This document shows positions 11,878-23,500 of a stretch of DNA of 64,000 bases, piece after piece. A program made the translations under genes and the position numbers. Within the stretch, counting starts at the first letter, position 1. Every line of letters begins with the position of its first letter. The DNA comes from Leptospiria bacterium (GTDB lineage Bacteria > Spirochaetota > Leptospiria > Turneriellales > CBDBES01). The stretch is taken from positions 407,641 to 471,640 of the forward strand of contig CBDHCY010000005.1 of NCBI GenBank assembly GCA_965261485.1, written 5' to 3'. The notes under the pieces were generated by a model, which saw nothing but the letters and a program-made list of their open reading frames with translations, did no database searches and was not told the DNA's origin.

Positions 11878-12177
11878 ATGGTTCGAATTATTACTGATAT
11901 TTTTATCTATCTTTTACTTGGTTTTGGTTTAGCTTGGTTATTCTATTATCAAAGAAAGAAGGATATTATAGGTGGTTATTTTGGAGCAATGCTTATTGCT
12001 CTTACAGGTTGTATATTGGGGGCCTTTATTTTTAGTAATATTTTAAAAAAGATAATTGATTTATTGCAGGAAGGTTTTTATCTTTCAAATGTAAATATCA
12101 TCGCTAGTGTGATTGGTGGTTATCTCTTTCTTTACATATTTAATCGATTAAACGGTGACCGTGGAAGAAAAATATAA
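11878..12177 (+). CDS. GlsB/YeaQ/YmgE (transglycosylase-associated) family small membrane protein
   Basis: 99 aa with three Gly-rich transmembrane segments (GGYFGAMLIALTGCILGAFIF, ASVIGGYLFLYIF), the typical size and pattern for this family. Confidence 0.65.
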   Translation: MVRIITDIFIYLLLGFGLAWLFYYQRKKDIIGGYFGAMLIALTGCILGAFIFSNILKKIIDLLQEGFYLSNVNIIASVIGGYLFLYIFNRLNGDRGRKI

Positions 12178-12770
12178 AATTTATTAAATGCAATATGACT
12201 TTTCTTTCATATAAAAAAAAATTATCAAACATTTGAATGTGTACCTAACTTTTTTAGTGGTGGTAATAAATATTAGATGAGTTCTAAGAAAAAAAAATAT
12301 CTTGATATAAGGGTCAGAATTTATTAAAAAAATTATGATTATTGGAGCTGATATTATTACTAAAAAGTTTTTTTAGTAATAAAAATAGCTTTTTTCCAGA
12401 ATTCGATAAATTCAATTTTTATTTATTTATATTAATTTTCTTAATTGTTTAAAGTTTTCATTATTGAAATACATAATAACTACCTAATTCAATTTTTTAC
12501 TTATTTTATTCACTTTTGATTTATAATAATAAGTTAATCTTTTTTGCTTTATCGTTCTGTAATTTTTTTGTAATCTCAAACTTTAAATTGAGATTAATCT
12601 TGATAATTCCTTCAAATAAAATTTAAGGTCTCTTTCACTTTGATAATAAGGCAATTACAATTACCTTTTTTTTGAATATTTTCACCTTATCAGTTTGATA
12701 GCTACAAAGCTAATGACGATCTCTTTTATTTTTTGATATCGGCTTTAATTTTTTAAATTATAATCTTACC

Positions 12771-12809
12771 TAATTCTAGTAAAGTTTCACGGAGACTCTA
12801 CTAGAATTA
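12771..12809 (-). terminator. Hairpin downstream of the DUF2147 gene (possible terminator)
   Basis: An 11-bp perfect stem (taattctagta / tactagaatta) with a 17-nt loop sits 14 nt after the minus-strand stop. The following tract is A/U-rich but is not a clean U-run. Confidence 0.35.
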
Positions 12810-12822
12810 AGTTTGGGGGAAC

Positions 12823-13296
12823 CTACTTTGTTATCAAGTTAGGATTTTTTATTCTATACCAATATTGAGTGCGACCGAATAAAGAAAATCCAATATAGCC
12901 TCTAACTTTTAGTTTTTTGCCATTATCAAGAACCTTAATATAACATTTATATTCTTTTCCATTTTTTGGATCGAGTATCTTACCACCAGACCACTCATTA
13001 CCATCTTTTTTTAGGTTACTCAGTATCTTCATACCAATGATTGGTTGATTCTTTCTCAATTCATCAGTACATTTTTTGCATTTGGGATTAGGATCTTTGC
13101 CCTCTCTATCCAATAATTTAAGTATTTTTCCTTGTAAAGATCCATCAGTTTGCTTAATTTTAATTACTGACTTTGCTTTTCCTGTTTTATCATCTATCGA
13201 TTTCCAAAAACCAATAGGTGAAGCCTTATCACTAGGAAATATAAAGGAGCTAACAAAAATTGTTAGTAAAAACAAAAACGACAATATTTTTTTCAT
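12823..13296 (-). CDS. DUF2147 domain-containing secreted protein
   Basis: Matches the pattern GFWKSIDD.TGK.KS.I.I......GKI..L........C.KC.....P.IG..I......W.GG.I.DP..GK.Y.C.......L.VRGY.G.....RTQ.W.R. The ATG at 13296 is preceded by GAGGTG. Confidence 0.75.
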   Translation of the reverse strand: MKKILSFLFLLTIFVSSFIFPSDKASPIGFWKSIDDKTGKAKSVIKIKQTDGSLQGKILKLLDREGKDPNPKCKKCTDELRKNQPIIGMKILSNLKKDGNEWSGGKILDPKNGKEYKCYIKVLDNGKKLKVRGYIGFSLFGRTQYWYRIKNPNLITK

Positions 13297-13969
13297 AACA
13301 CACCTCAAAATTATATTAGACTAACTCTTGGATGAGGTACAAAAAATACTTTAAAGTATAGATAGCTAAACAAAAAATGCTAGAACTAAACTATATTAAA
13401 GCAAAGAGACCTTATCTAGATAAGCCCACTCAACAACCTTGACTTTAGATCAAGTTGTCAAGAAAAAAATGTATTAATTTAAATAGATGGTCAATTTTAC
13501 GATCATATGATAACCCCATCGATTGGGAGTGTATCACTATAGTTATCGGGTTTGTGTAGTTAGCACGGACAATGTGGTGTCATCGGGTGTTATAAAAACT
13601 CATAAATTTTTAGAGTCAGCAATAGCCTCGATGCTACACCAAGTGTATCTGTTTTTAAAGCCAGTTTAATCGCCTCACACTTAGTTTTTTGGGAACAAAA
13701 CTGGGCAAAGTCAATAGCCTGATGGTATCGCTCATTTTGATGTTAGTATTAAATACCAAATCTTTATTTATATGATAGAGGAGGCATTATTTAGCCTTTA
13801 ATTTTATCCTTTAAAATTAAAGTCATACTTGCCTTATTTTAATAAGATAAATAAATTTAATTAAGCTGTACAATTTGTTTAATTTTTTATTTATGCCCTC
13901 TGGGCACTGCTCGCTTTAAATCTTGATTTCTCTAAGAAATTTGGTGAGCAACCTTGTTTTGAGTAGATT

Positions 13970-15916
13970 ATGGAATTAGAACAGTTACCAGAAATTCAGA
14001 AAATTATCAATATTGGTAAGGCAAATGGTGAAATTACCTACGACGAAATTAATGATATTTTACCTGAAAAACTTACAAATTCAGATAAAATTGACGACGT
14101 TTTCATTCTTTTGAGTCAGTATGGAATTGAAATTATTGAAGAATACCAACATAGCTCTTCAAAACGAGGTCATGTCAAAGATCCTACTCAAGAGAATATT
14201 CGGCTTTTAGCTGAACAGCAATTACCTGAAAAAGGAATTGAAGAATTGAAGAAAATGGGTTATGAATTAACTCCTAATACTGGAGGAAGGCCATTCACAA
14301 TACAAGATGTCGCTATTCAGCTTATGAATAAGGGACACGACATTGAAATACTCGCTCAAGTTTTAAATCGTCCAGATTTGAGACCCCCCGTTGTTATTAC
14401 TAAAAAAAAAGGTAAAATTGTATCTGTTGCTGATGACCCAATCAAACTTTATTTAAGAGAAATTGGTAAAGTTTCTCTAATATCAGGGAGCAAAGAAGTC
14501 GAGTTGGCAAAACGTATTGAAGATGGTGAGTATATTATAGAAGATGCCATACTAGAATCTTCCCTGCTAAGAAGTTCTTTTTTGAGATATCATCCAAAAA
14601 TACAAGACGAAACAGCCCGAATTACAGATATTTGCCGAGCTTCTAAGACTTACTATATCTCTCAAACTGAAAAGAAAGAGTTGAAAAGAGTGTTTCTTTA
14701 CGAGATGGAGTTTGTTATTAAAATTGATAATGATATTAAAACACTTAAATCTAAGCTCAAAAGGTATACGTACAAAAGTAAAAAGCATGAAGAAATCTGG
14801 GCTGAGGTACTCAAATTTGAAGATAAGGCCAGTATCTACATGAAAAAAATTGGAGTTTCACAGAAAGAACTTATTAAGCACGTAAATAAAGTGAAAAGTA
14901 TGGTATTTCGAATCAAAGAGATAAAACGTCATTTTCTCCGCTTAAAAGAAAAACACGGGCATGATGTTAAAGAAGTTAAAGCTTTTAATCGGTATATTGA
15001 AAGACATGAAGAGTTAGATATGGTCGAAAAAAAAATGGGATGCTCAATTATTGATGTAAAAGAGGTGATTAAAGACATTCGTAATAATGAAAGAAAATTA
15101 CGTCGAATGGAGCAAGAAGCTGGTTCGCCGACTTTAATTATATTGTCTTGGGGCGAAAAGATTGCTAATGGTCAACGTGCGATTGAGATGGCTAAAAAAG
15201 AGTTAATTAACGCGAATCTTCGCTTAGTCGTCTCTATTGCAAAGCGATTTGCTAACAGAGGAATGCACTTTTTTGATTTAATTCAGGAAGGCAATATAGG
15301 GCTTATGAGAGCAGTTGAAAAATTTGAATATCGAAAAGGTTATAAGTTTTCTACCTATGCGACATGGTGGATCAGACAAGCCATTGCACGTTCAATTTCT
15401 GAACAGGCAAAAACAATACGTATTCCTAGTCATATGATTGAGCAAATTAATAAAGTGAATCGTGAGACTCGCCTTTTTTTACAGGAAATGGGACGCGAAC
15501 CTAATGATGACGAAATTGCGGAAAGACTTGGTTGGCCTTCTAATAAGGTCAAACAAGTAAAAGGTGTGGCCAAAGACCCTGTTTCTTTAGAAAGCCCAGT
15601 AGGTGAAGAAGAAGACTCTGAGTTGGGTGATTTTGTCGAAGATAAAAAAACGGATAGTCCTATTGCTGTCACTGCACAATCCATACTTGAAGAGCAGATT
15701 CAGCAAGTTTTAGCAACTCTTCCTGCAAGAGAACAAAAAGTTATTCGAATGCGTTTTGGTCTTGATGACGGTTATACTCACACATTAGAGGAAGTTGGCT
15801 ATGTGTTCAAGGTGACTCGTGAAAGAATTCGTCAGATTGAGGCCAAAGCTCTTAGAAGGCTTCGAGTTCCAACGAGAATGAGAAAGCTGAAGGATTTTCT
15901 TGACCAAACTCATTGA
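13970..15916 (+). CDS. rpoD: RNA polymerase primary sigma factor (sigma-70)
   Basis: 648 aa. Region 2 ([37 protein letters not shown]), region 3 and region 4 ([28 protein letters not shown]) are all present. Confidence 0.96.
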   Translation: MELEQLPEIQKIINIGKANGEITYDEINDILPEKLTNSDKIDDVFILLSQYGIEIIEEYQHSSSKRGHVKDPTQENIRLLAEQQLPEKGIEELKKMGYELTPNTGGRPFTIQDVAIQLMNKGHDIEILAQVLNRPDLRPPVVITKKKGKIVSVADDPIKLYLREIGKVSLISGSKEVELAKRIEDGEYIIEDAILESSLLRSSFLRYHPKIQDETARITDICRASKTYYISQTEKKELKRVFLYEMEFVIKIDNDIKTLKSKLKRYTYKSKKHEEIWAEVLKFEDKASIYMKKIGVSQKELIKHVNKVKSMVFRIKEIKRHFLRLKEKHGHDVKEVKAFNRYIERHEELDMVEKKMGCSIIDVKEVIKDIRNNERKLRRMEQEAGSPTLIILSWGEKIANGQRAIEMAKKELINANLRLVVSIAKRFANRGMHFFDLIQEGNIGLMRAVEKFEYRKGYKFSTYATWWIRQAIARSISEQAKTIRIPSHMIEQINKVNRETRLFLQEMGREPNDDEIAERLGWPSNKVKQVKGVAKDPVSLESPVGEEEDSELGDFVEDKKTDSPIAVTAQSILEEQIQQVLATLPAREQKVIRMRFGLDDGYTHTLEEVGYVFKVTRERIRQIEAKALRRLRVPTRMRKLKDFLDQTH

Positions 15917-15921
15917 CAAAT

Positions 15922-17319
15922 ATGTCAATTACAAGAATAGAAAAAGATAGTTTTGGCGAGATAGAAGTTCCTTCTCATAGATATTGGGGGGCTCAAACAC
16001 AAAGATCACTTCAAAATTTTAAAATTGGCCGTCAAAAAATGCCTATCGAGGTGATTCATGCTTTCGCACTTTTAAAAAAAAGTGCCGCAATTACAAATCT
16101 CTCTTGTAAAATTTTATCTAAAAAAAAATCAGATATCATAGGAAAAGTCTGTGATGAAATATTATCAGAAAAATTAGATGATGAATTCCCTCTTGTTGTT
16201 TGGCAAACGGGTTCAGGTACTCAAAGTAATATGAACGTAAATGAGGTAATTGCAAATCGAGGTCATGTCCTTAATGGGGGGGCTTTGACTGATCATGATA
16301 AATTTCTTCATCCCAATGATGATATAAATAAATCACAGTCTTCAAATGATACTTTTCCAACAGCTATGCATATTGCCGCTTATAAAATAATGGTTGAAGT
16401 CACCATTCCTGAAGTAGAGAAATTAGCTAAAACATTTAAAAAAAAATCAGATCAATTTATGCATGTGGTGAAAATTGGTCGTACTCACTTTATGGATGCA
16501 ACTCCGTTGACATTAGGGCAAGAATTTTCAGGATATGTTTCCCAACTTGAACATAGTTTAAAAGCAATTAAGAACACACTCCCTCATTTATCTGAACTTG
16601 CTTTAGGTGGAACTGCTGTGGGTACCGGCATTAATACTCCCCCGTACTATGCTGAAAAAGTAGCTAAAGAGATAAAATATTGGAGTGGACTTCCCTTTCT
16701 TACAGCTCATAATAAATTTGAAGCTTTAGCTGCCCACGATGCAATTGTTGAAGCCTCTGGTGGGCTTAAAACTTTGGCAGTAAGTTTGCTAAAGATAGCG
16801 AATGATATAAGAATGCTTGCTTCAGGGCCCCGTTGTGGAATTGGTGAAATACTTATACCAGCAAATGAACCTGGCTCATCAATTATGCCGGGTAAGGTCA
16901 ATCCGACACAATGTGAAGCAATGACTATGGTGTGTGCACAAGTTATTGGAAATGATGTTGCTATTAACGTAGGTGGTATGAGTGGTCATTTCGAGCTAAA
17001 TGTATTCAAACCGATGATGATTTATAATTTTTTAATCTCTGCCCAAAATTTAGGAGATGCTGCTAAATCATTTAATGATAATTGTGTTATTGGTATTGAA
17101 CCCAACCATTCTGAGATCAATAAAAATTTGAATAATTCTTTAATGCTAATTACCGCTTTAAATACTCATATTGGTTACGATAATGCGACAAAGATCGCTA
17201 AAAAAGCATATGAAGAAAATATGACTCTAAAAGAGGCGGCTCTTTCATTAAGTTTACTTTCTTCTGAAGAATTTGATCGGTGGGTTATACCCAAAAATAT
17301 GGTTGGTAGTTTGGGTTGA
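15922..17319 (+). CDS. fumC: Class II fumarate hydratase
   Basis: Has the [16 protein letters not shown] signature and the N-terminus [29 protein letters not shown]. The ATG at 15922 fits the family N-terminus better than the TTG at 15913. Confidence 0.95.
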   Translation: MSITRIEKDSFGEIEVPSHRYWGAQTQRSLQNFKIGRQKMPIEVIHAFALLKKSAAITNLSCKILSKKKSDIIGKVCDEILSEKLDDEFPLVVWQTGSGTQSNMNVNEVIANRGHVLNGGALTDHDKFLHPNDDINKSQSSNDTFPTAMHIAAYKIMVEVTIPEVEKLAKTFKKKSDQFMHVVKIGRTHFMDATPLTLGQEFSGYVSQLEHSLKAIKNTLPHLSELALGGTAVGTGINTPPYYAEKVAKEIKYWSGLPFLTAHNKFEALAAHDAIVEASGGLKTLAVSLLKIANDIRMLASGPRCGIGEILIPANEPGSSIMPGKVNPTQCEAMTMVCAQVIGNDVAINVGGMSGHFELNVFKPMMIYNFLISAQNLGDAAKSFNDNCVIGIEPNHSEINKNLNNSLMLITALNTHIGYDNATKIAKKAYEENMTLKEAALSLSLLSSEEFDRWVIPKNMVGSLG

Positions 17320-17576
17320 CTTTGAGGGAAAACTTAAGTTGGATTAATGGATTTACAGTTTTTCACTAGTTGTACGCATTTGTGTTGAATAGACGCTCAT
17401 TTATGCAAAAATTTTTGGCTTGATTGAATTATATGCTTGTATATCTTTTTTTTGTAACTTTATCAATCTTATTTACATAAAATATTTTATTTGTTTTAAT
17501 ATTTTATCTCGTGAGGCTTCCAAAAAAAATTAAGTAAAAAATAATAAATTTATATAGTTGTGAGCTGTTTGATTCT

Positions 17577-20500
17577 ATGTTATTGGAAGACTCTTTCCCT
17601 AAAACGATTGCTTCAATATTTTTAAAGTTTTTTTTTATTTACATAATATTTGTAGGAGGTCTTTTTTTAGCCCGGTATTATTTAAATGAAATTGAAATAT
17701 GGCCTTTTTTCTATTCTTGGTATGCAAAAGAGAGTGAAAAAAATACTAAGACATTTTTAAATGAACGACATCATTTAAATCAAAAAAAAAATTCCAAAGA
17801 TGTTCATAAAATTCTTTCTATAAGAAAATATTTAGAAAAAAAACCTAGATTTAATTTTGATATTCCAGAGTCTTCTTTTATTGAAAATTCTCTTGTCGAA
17901 GCATCAATTTACAAAGATAAAAATCTACCTAAAATTGATGAAGAATTTATAAAATCAGCTAAATATGATACCTCTGGAATTAGTGGAGGTCTTGATGGTA
18001 TCGAATTAAGAGTTTTTGGTAATTCTGGTGTTATTATGTCTTATGGTTTTTCTAACTATCTTACCAAAGAAGACTCACGAAATGATATTGTGTCGGCGAA
18101 TGCAATTAATATTAGAGAGGATTTTTTTTTAGAAGCGGGATTAAACTTAAACTTAAAAGGTAAGATTGGAAAAAGAGTTTTAATCGATGTTAACTATGAT
18201 CAAAATGAAAGGCTTCTAAATAATAAAATTCAACTTAAATATTTTGCCTTACATAAAAAAGAATTTGTTCGTGAAGTCACCGTTGGTAATGTCGGCTTTA
18301 ACTTCCCCAATGATGATTCAACGGAATTCAAAGGTTTTGAAAAAAAAGATAAAGAAACACTGGGAATTGAGGCAAAATTTAAAAAAGGGAAGTTAAGTTT
18401 TCACAGTGTTGCTACTTTGATAGGAGGGGAAACAGCAACAGAAATATTTACAGGTAATACTCATAATATAGAAACTATAATTCCTGAGTATACTTATAAA
18501 GCAAGAAAATATTTTCAGTTAGAGCCATTTATTTATTATGATAAAAAAAATATTTCGCCTATAATCACTAAGGCTTCCTATATAAGAAACAATTCAGATA
18601 GCCTTATTACTTTTACTTCAGTACCTTTAAATAAAAGTAATAAAAATTATCCAACTGCTGTTAATATTGATTCTGGTTCATTTGAAGTGTGGCTTGATGA
18701 TCAGGATGGAACAAATAATCGAATCTTAAATGCCCGAACAAAAAAAATTTTAGGTAATAATTTAGGTCACTATCATTTACTTCAAGAGTCTGATGATTAT
18801 CAAATAAATTATAAAAGTGGTAAACTTGAATTTATTAAATTTATTAGGAGTGATTCTCGTATCTATGTTCGTTACACACGGAATAGGAGTGATAAAGATA
18901 CGGCAGATCCGTCTGCTAGAACGGGTGTCAATGGCAAAATTGAAACTTTTATTTACTTTGGCTCTTCAATGAATGAAGATACAAATTTTGACGGCACTCA
19001 AAATATTACTATTATCAATGATGGTAAAGTAAATTATGATATCTATGAAGTAAGAAGCGTTTACAGCCTTGGTGCTTATAATTTACAAAAAAGTCAGCTT
19101 CAGCTCACCATTGTTGATAGAAATAGAAGTATTATTCCTGGTTTAAATGAGCAGTTAGGTGGTTATACCGTCGATTTTCAGCGAGGTCTTTTGAGCTTTT
19201 ATTTACGAGAACCTTTTAAAGCCCTTAAAAATCAAAATCAAGAATTTATATTGAATGATATGGAAGTAAAAGATATTTACTCTGAAATAAAAATTGATTC
19301 TTCAGAAATATCTCGATTGATGATTGAAGCGAGCTTAGTAGAAGAAATTCAAAATTATAAACTTCAGCATCCACAGATTATCCAAAATTCCGTACAAGTT
19401 ACAATTGATGGTATAAAAATTAAACCAACATTATATATCGTAGATTATTTATTGGGTTTTTTATCTTTCAGTGATAAAAGGAACCCTATAATTTCATCGG
19501 GTACAAGAATTGAAGTAACCTATCAATACTCACCTTTTGGACAAAAGACAAATGGCTTTATTTTAGGTTTAAGAAGTGAATATGAGATGAATCGCAATAT
19601 TAAGTTAGGAAATACACTTTTATATAATGCCCAACTAAAAAATAGTCAGGTACCAAAAATTGGTGAAGAGCCTGTAAGTCGCTTTATAATTGAAAATGAC
19701 CTAAAGGTAAACCTTGGGGAGAAAGAATTGACTAAATTTATAAATTATATTCCCGGTATTGATCTTGATCTTTTACCAGTGAGATATAATTTTTATGGGG
19801 AATATACTAAAAGTTTTTATAATCCAAATACAGTAAATATTGCCTTAGTTGATGATATGGAGTCATCTGAAGATAAAATAGAATTATCATTGAGTGACCG
19901 AGATTGGCAATTATCGAGTTTACCTCCTTCCTTAGGGCTTACTGAGTGTGATCGAGCTCCTTTACTTTACCGCTATTATCGTGATTTAAATAATCTTGAA
20001 TTGGGTCCTACTCGATTAAATACACCGATTCAAGCATCTCCTAATTATCGCCAACTTGCTGGCCCTTATAATGTTGCTGAAGGTCATTTAGATTTTAATC
20101 AGTTGAAACAAGCTGAAAGGCAAGTATCTTTGGTGATGGACTTTGATTTTTCTAGTGGTGGTAAGGTTGCAAGTATTGTTACTAGGCGTTTTTCTCCTGA
20201 AAGTAATGGGCAAAACCTTGCTCAGATAGAGTATATTGAATTTTCAGCTAAATTGATCGACCCCATTGCTCTGTCTGAAGGTGTTTCTATTCGTTTTGAT
20301 ATAGGTACTATTAATGAAGACTCCGATGCTGACTCTAAGTTAGATACAGAAGATGTGGGTTCAGATGGAATTAATAATGATTTGAATGGTGATGGTCTCC
20401 CAGATATTGGAACTTCTTTTTCTGGAGGTGAGCAGAATGGAAGAATTGATCAGGTTGTAGGAGGTTTTACGGAAGATAGAGGATACCATTTTAATGCACC

Positions 20501-23500
20501 TCGTATTTGTTCGGGGTTAAATACAAGAGTGGGTTCTGGCCCTGCTGTGTCTGGTAATCACAGAACAGATGGTAACGGAGTTTTGAATACAGAAGATTTA
20601 AATGGAGATGGTCGATTAGAAACGACTGAAAATGTGATCACATTTGATGAGTTAAACCGTAATTATATTAATTTTGACATTGCATCGGGGTTACACTCTT
20701 CTAATATAATTTTATCGGAAAATTGGCACTTAGTTAGAATGTATTTGAATCGAGAAGCTCTTAATGATACTCAAAAACAGCTACTACACCGTGTAAAAAG
20801 TATTCGTTTATATGTTGTTCCTAGTGGAGTGGGTTCAGCGAATGGAAAGGGACGTATTCTTATTGACAATATTAAATTAGGGCGATCTCTTTGGAGGCGT
20901 AAAAAACTACAAGTCAATAATGTTGAATCTGACTTAGAAGATACTAAAATATTGAATATCAGTACCATTGATAATCAAGACTCTAGGTCTGAATATGCAA
21001 ATGCTTCATTTATTGCTCAAGAAAGAAACGAATATGAAAAATTACATGGAATTCAAACAAATTTTGAACGAAGTCGTATGCGTGAGGCAGCTTTGAAGAT
21101 TAACTATAATTTTAATTCGAGTCTTTGCACTACAGGCGTATGTAAACACGCTTATGTTAGAAGAGTCTTTCTGAGATCACTTGATCTTAGTTCTTATAAT
21201 AAAATAAATATTTGGGTAAATTATCGTAAATTAAATACATCTGATGATTATTTCTTTTTTCGTTTTGGTTCTAGTGACAATAATTATGTGGAAGGCACTG
21301 AGAAGATGAATACTTTGGGATGGCATTTATTAAGTTTTGATATTCCTAAACAATCTGAAGGTGAGATTTGCCCAAAAATAAAACAATTTCATGGATGTCC
21401 CAATCTTAAGCGAGTGAATACAATGATTTTGGGAGTTCGTAATGAAAGCAGTACAGGAGGGAGTGAAGGTATAATTTGGGTCAATGATATTTTTGTGTCT
21501 GAATCAAATACTCAAAATGATGATTTTTATATGATAAAAAATGATATAAAAGTTATAAAACCATTTTATAAAACGAAAGGTGGCGTATCAATCTTTGATA
21601 ACTTCAAAGTCTCATATGATAAACGTTATCAAGGCAATAATTTTTTTACATTGAATCAAAATTTTAAGAATATTTCAATGGATGCGAATAACCTTAGTTT
21701 TACCTCTACATTACTCCCTTTTTTAGAGAGTGCTTATACTTTTTCTTATGTTACCTCTGAATCTTTTGACAATAAGCTTCAAGAACAAAAAGATTTTGAC
21801 GGCAAACTAACAAGGGTAACTCACAGCACACAATATGATTTTAAATTTGAGAATAAGTATTATCCCCGTGTTACAGTTAAATATGAATATCAAAATAAAA
21901 GTAGAGATAAGCAAAATCTTTTAAATAATGTTGTAGATACAGAAATCTTAAATCAATCTGTAGAGGAATATACATATGTACCTTATATTTCATTTTATCA
22001 AAAATTTTTAGATTTTGGGGGTCATAAACTTACTTTAGAGGCAAAAACAGGCATTCAATATTTTAAAAAAGAAGAAAATTTAATTTTGAGTGATTCTTTT
22101 GTAATACCAAAATCCACTCAAAATAAAAAATCAAAAGAACAAAAAGATGAAATGGACTCACATTTGATTTATCAATGGGGTGATTTTAGGTTGCAGACAT
22201 CTTATTTTTTTCGTCAAGTGCTTTTGGTAAATCAAAATTTTACAGATAATCAAATATCAAGTTTAATTAATGGTAATTTTTATTTTCCTTTTTATATAAC
22301 AGCTTCTGATTTTCGTTATGTTCAGAGGCTTAGTAAATATAAATTAGATTTAGAATATCGTAATTTTTGGATATTTTCACCCAAGTTAGAGTATTTATTT
22401 AATTATTTAGAAAATTCTTTTAGAGACAATTCAAGTTCAATAATATTTTCAGGCCTTTCTTTTCAAAGATATAAACAACCGAATAGTTATGCTCGAACAA
22501 ACTTTAGTCTCAATTTTGATCTCAAAAAAATATCTAAAAAACTTAGCTTCTTTAAAAAGATTTCAACTAGTTTTTTTCGAGAGGTCTCCGTAAATGAAAA
22601 CTTTGTTCCTTTCAGTGCAAAGACGGGGTTATTTGAAGATAAATATGGTTTATCAAGTCGTTTTCAAACTTTGTTTGTGAGAGTATATGATCTTTTTTCT
22701 TATCCATTTTGGCAACATTTTACCTCTAAAAATCGATCTCACAATAATTTTTCTGAGGGGAGAGCATATATACAAATGTTAAATTTTAGTCCGATTAGCC
22801 CTTCGATAGAATTTGAAGATGTTTTTTCGCAATATAGTCAAATAATTTTTTTGAAGGAACATATGAATATGGTTATAAATTGGAGTATATTTGATGGATT
22901 CCTTATTTTGAATGAAGCTCATTTAAGTCAGACAATCTCTCGCAGAGGGAATATTGGTGCTTTACCTCATCAAATTGTAAATTTGGGTGTAAGTGTTCGT
23001 CCAACAATTGATCTTATGAAAATTTTAAACTTTTGGTTTTGGTCTAAACCGTTAATAAACAAAAAAAATAATGGAGAATATTATCAAGAAAAAAGCTCTA
23101 ATTTAGATATTAACTTTCGTTATGAAAATCATTTGAAAGTAACCAGTAATATATCTCGCAAGCACTATATACCCGAGTTCAATCTTTCTTTCAATTGGCT
23201 GAATGAAAGAAGTGCTCTTCAATCATTACGTTTTCAGACAAATTTAGATTTTTCAAATGAGAATGAGAGTGATTTTTTTATTACAAATGGAAATCAAAAT
23301 GATATTTCAATATTTGAAAACATACAAAAAAGTGGTAACCGCTTTAAAAAAGAAAATATTAGTTTTGGTTTATCTATTTTATATGTTTTTGGTATTCCTT
23401 TATTGAGGGAGTGGCTGCAAGAACTAACTGGAATAAAATTAAAAAAAAATCCAAAATATAGAATTGAGTTTATATTTAATCTTAATCGCTTTAATTATGA

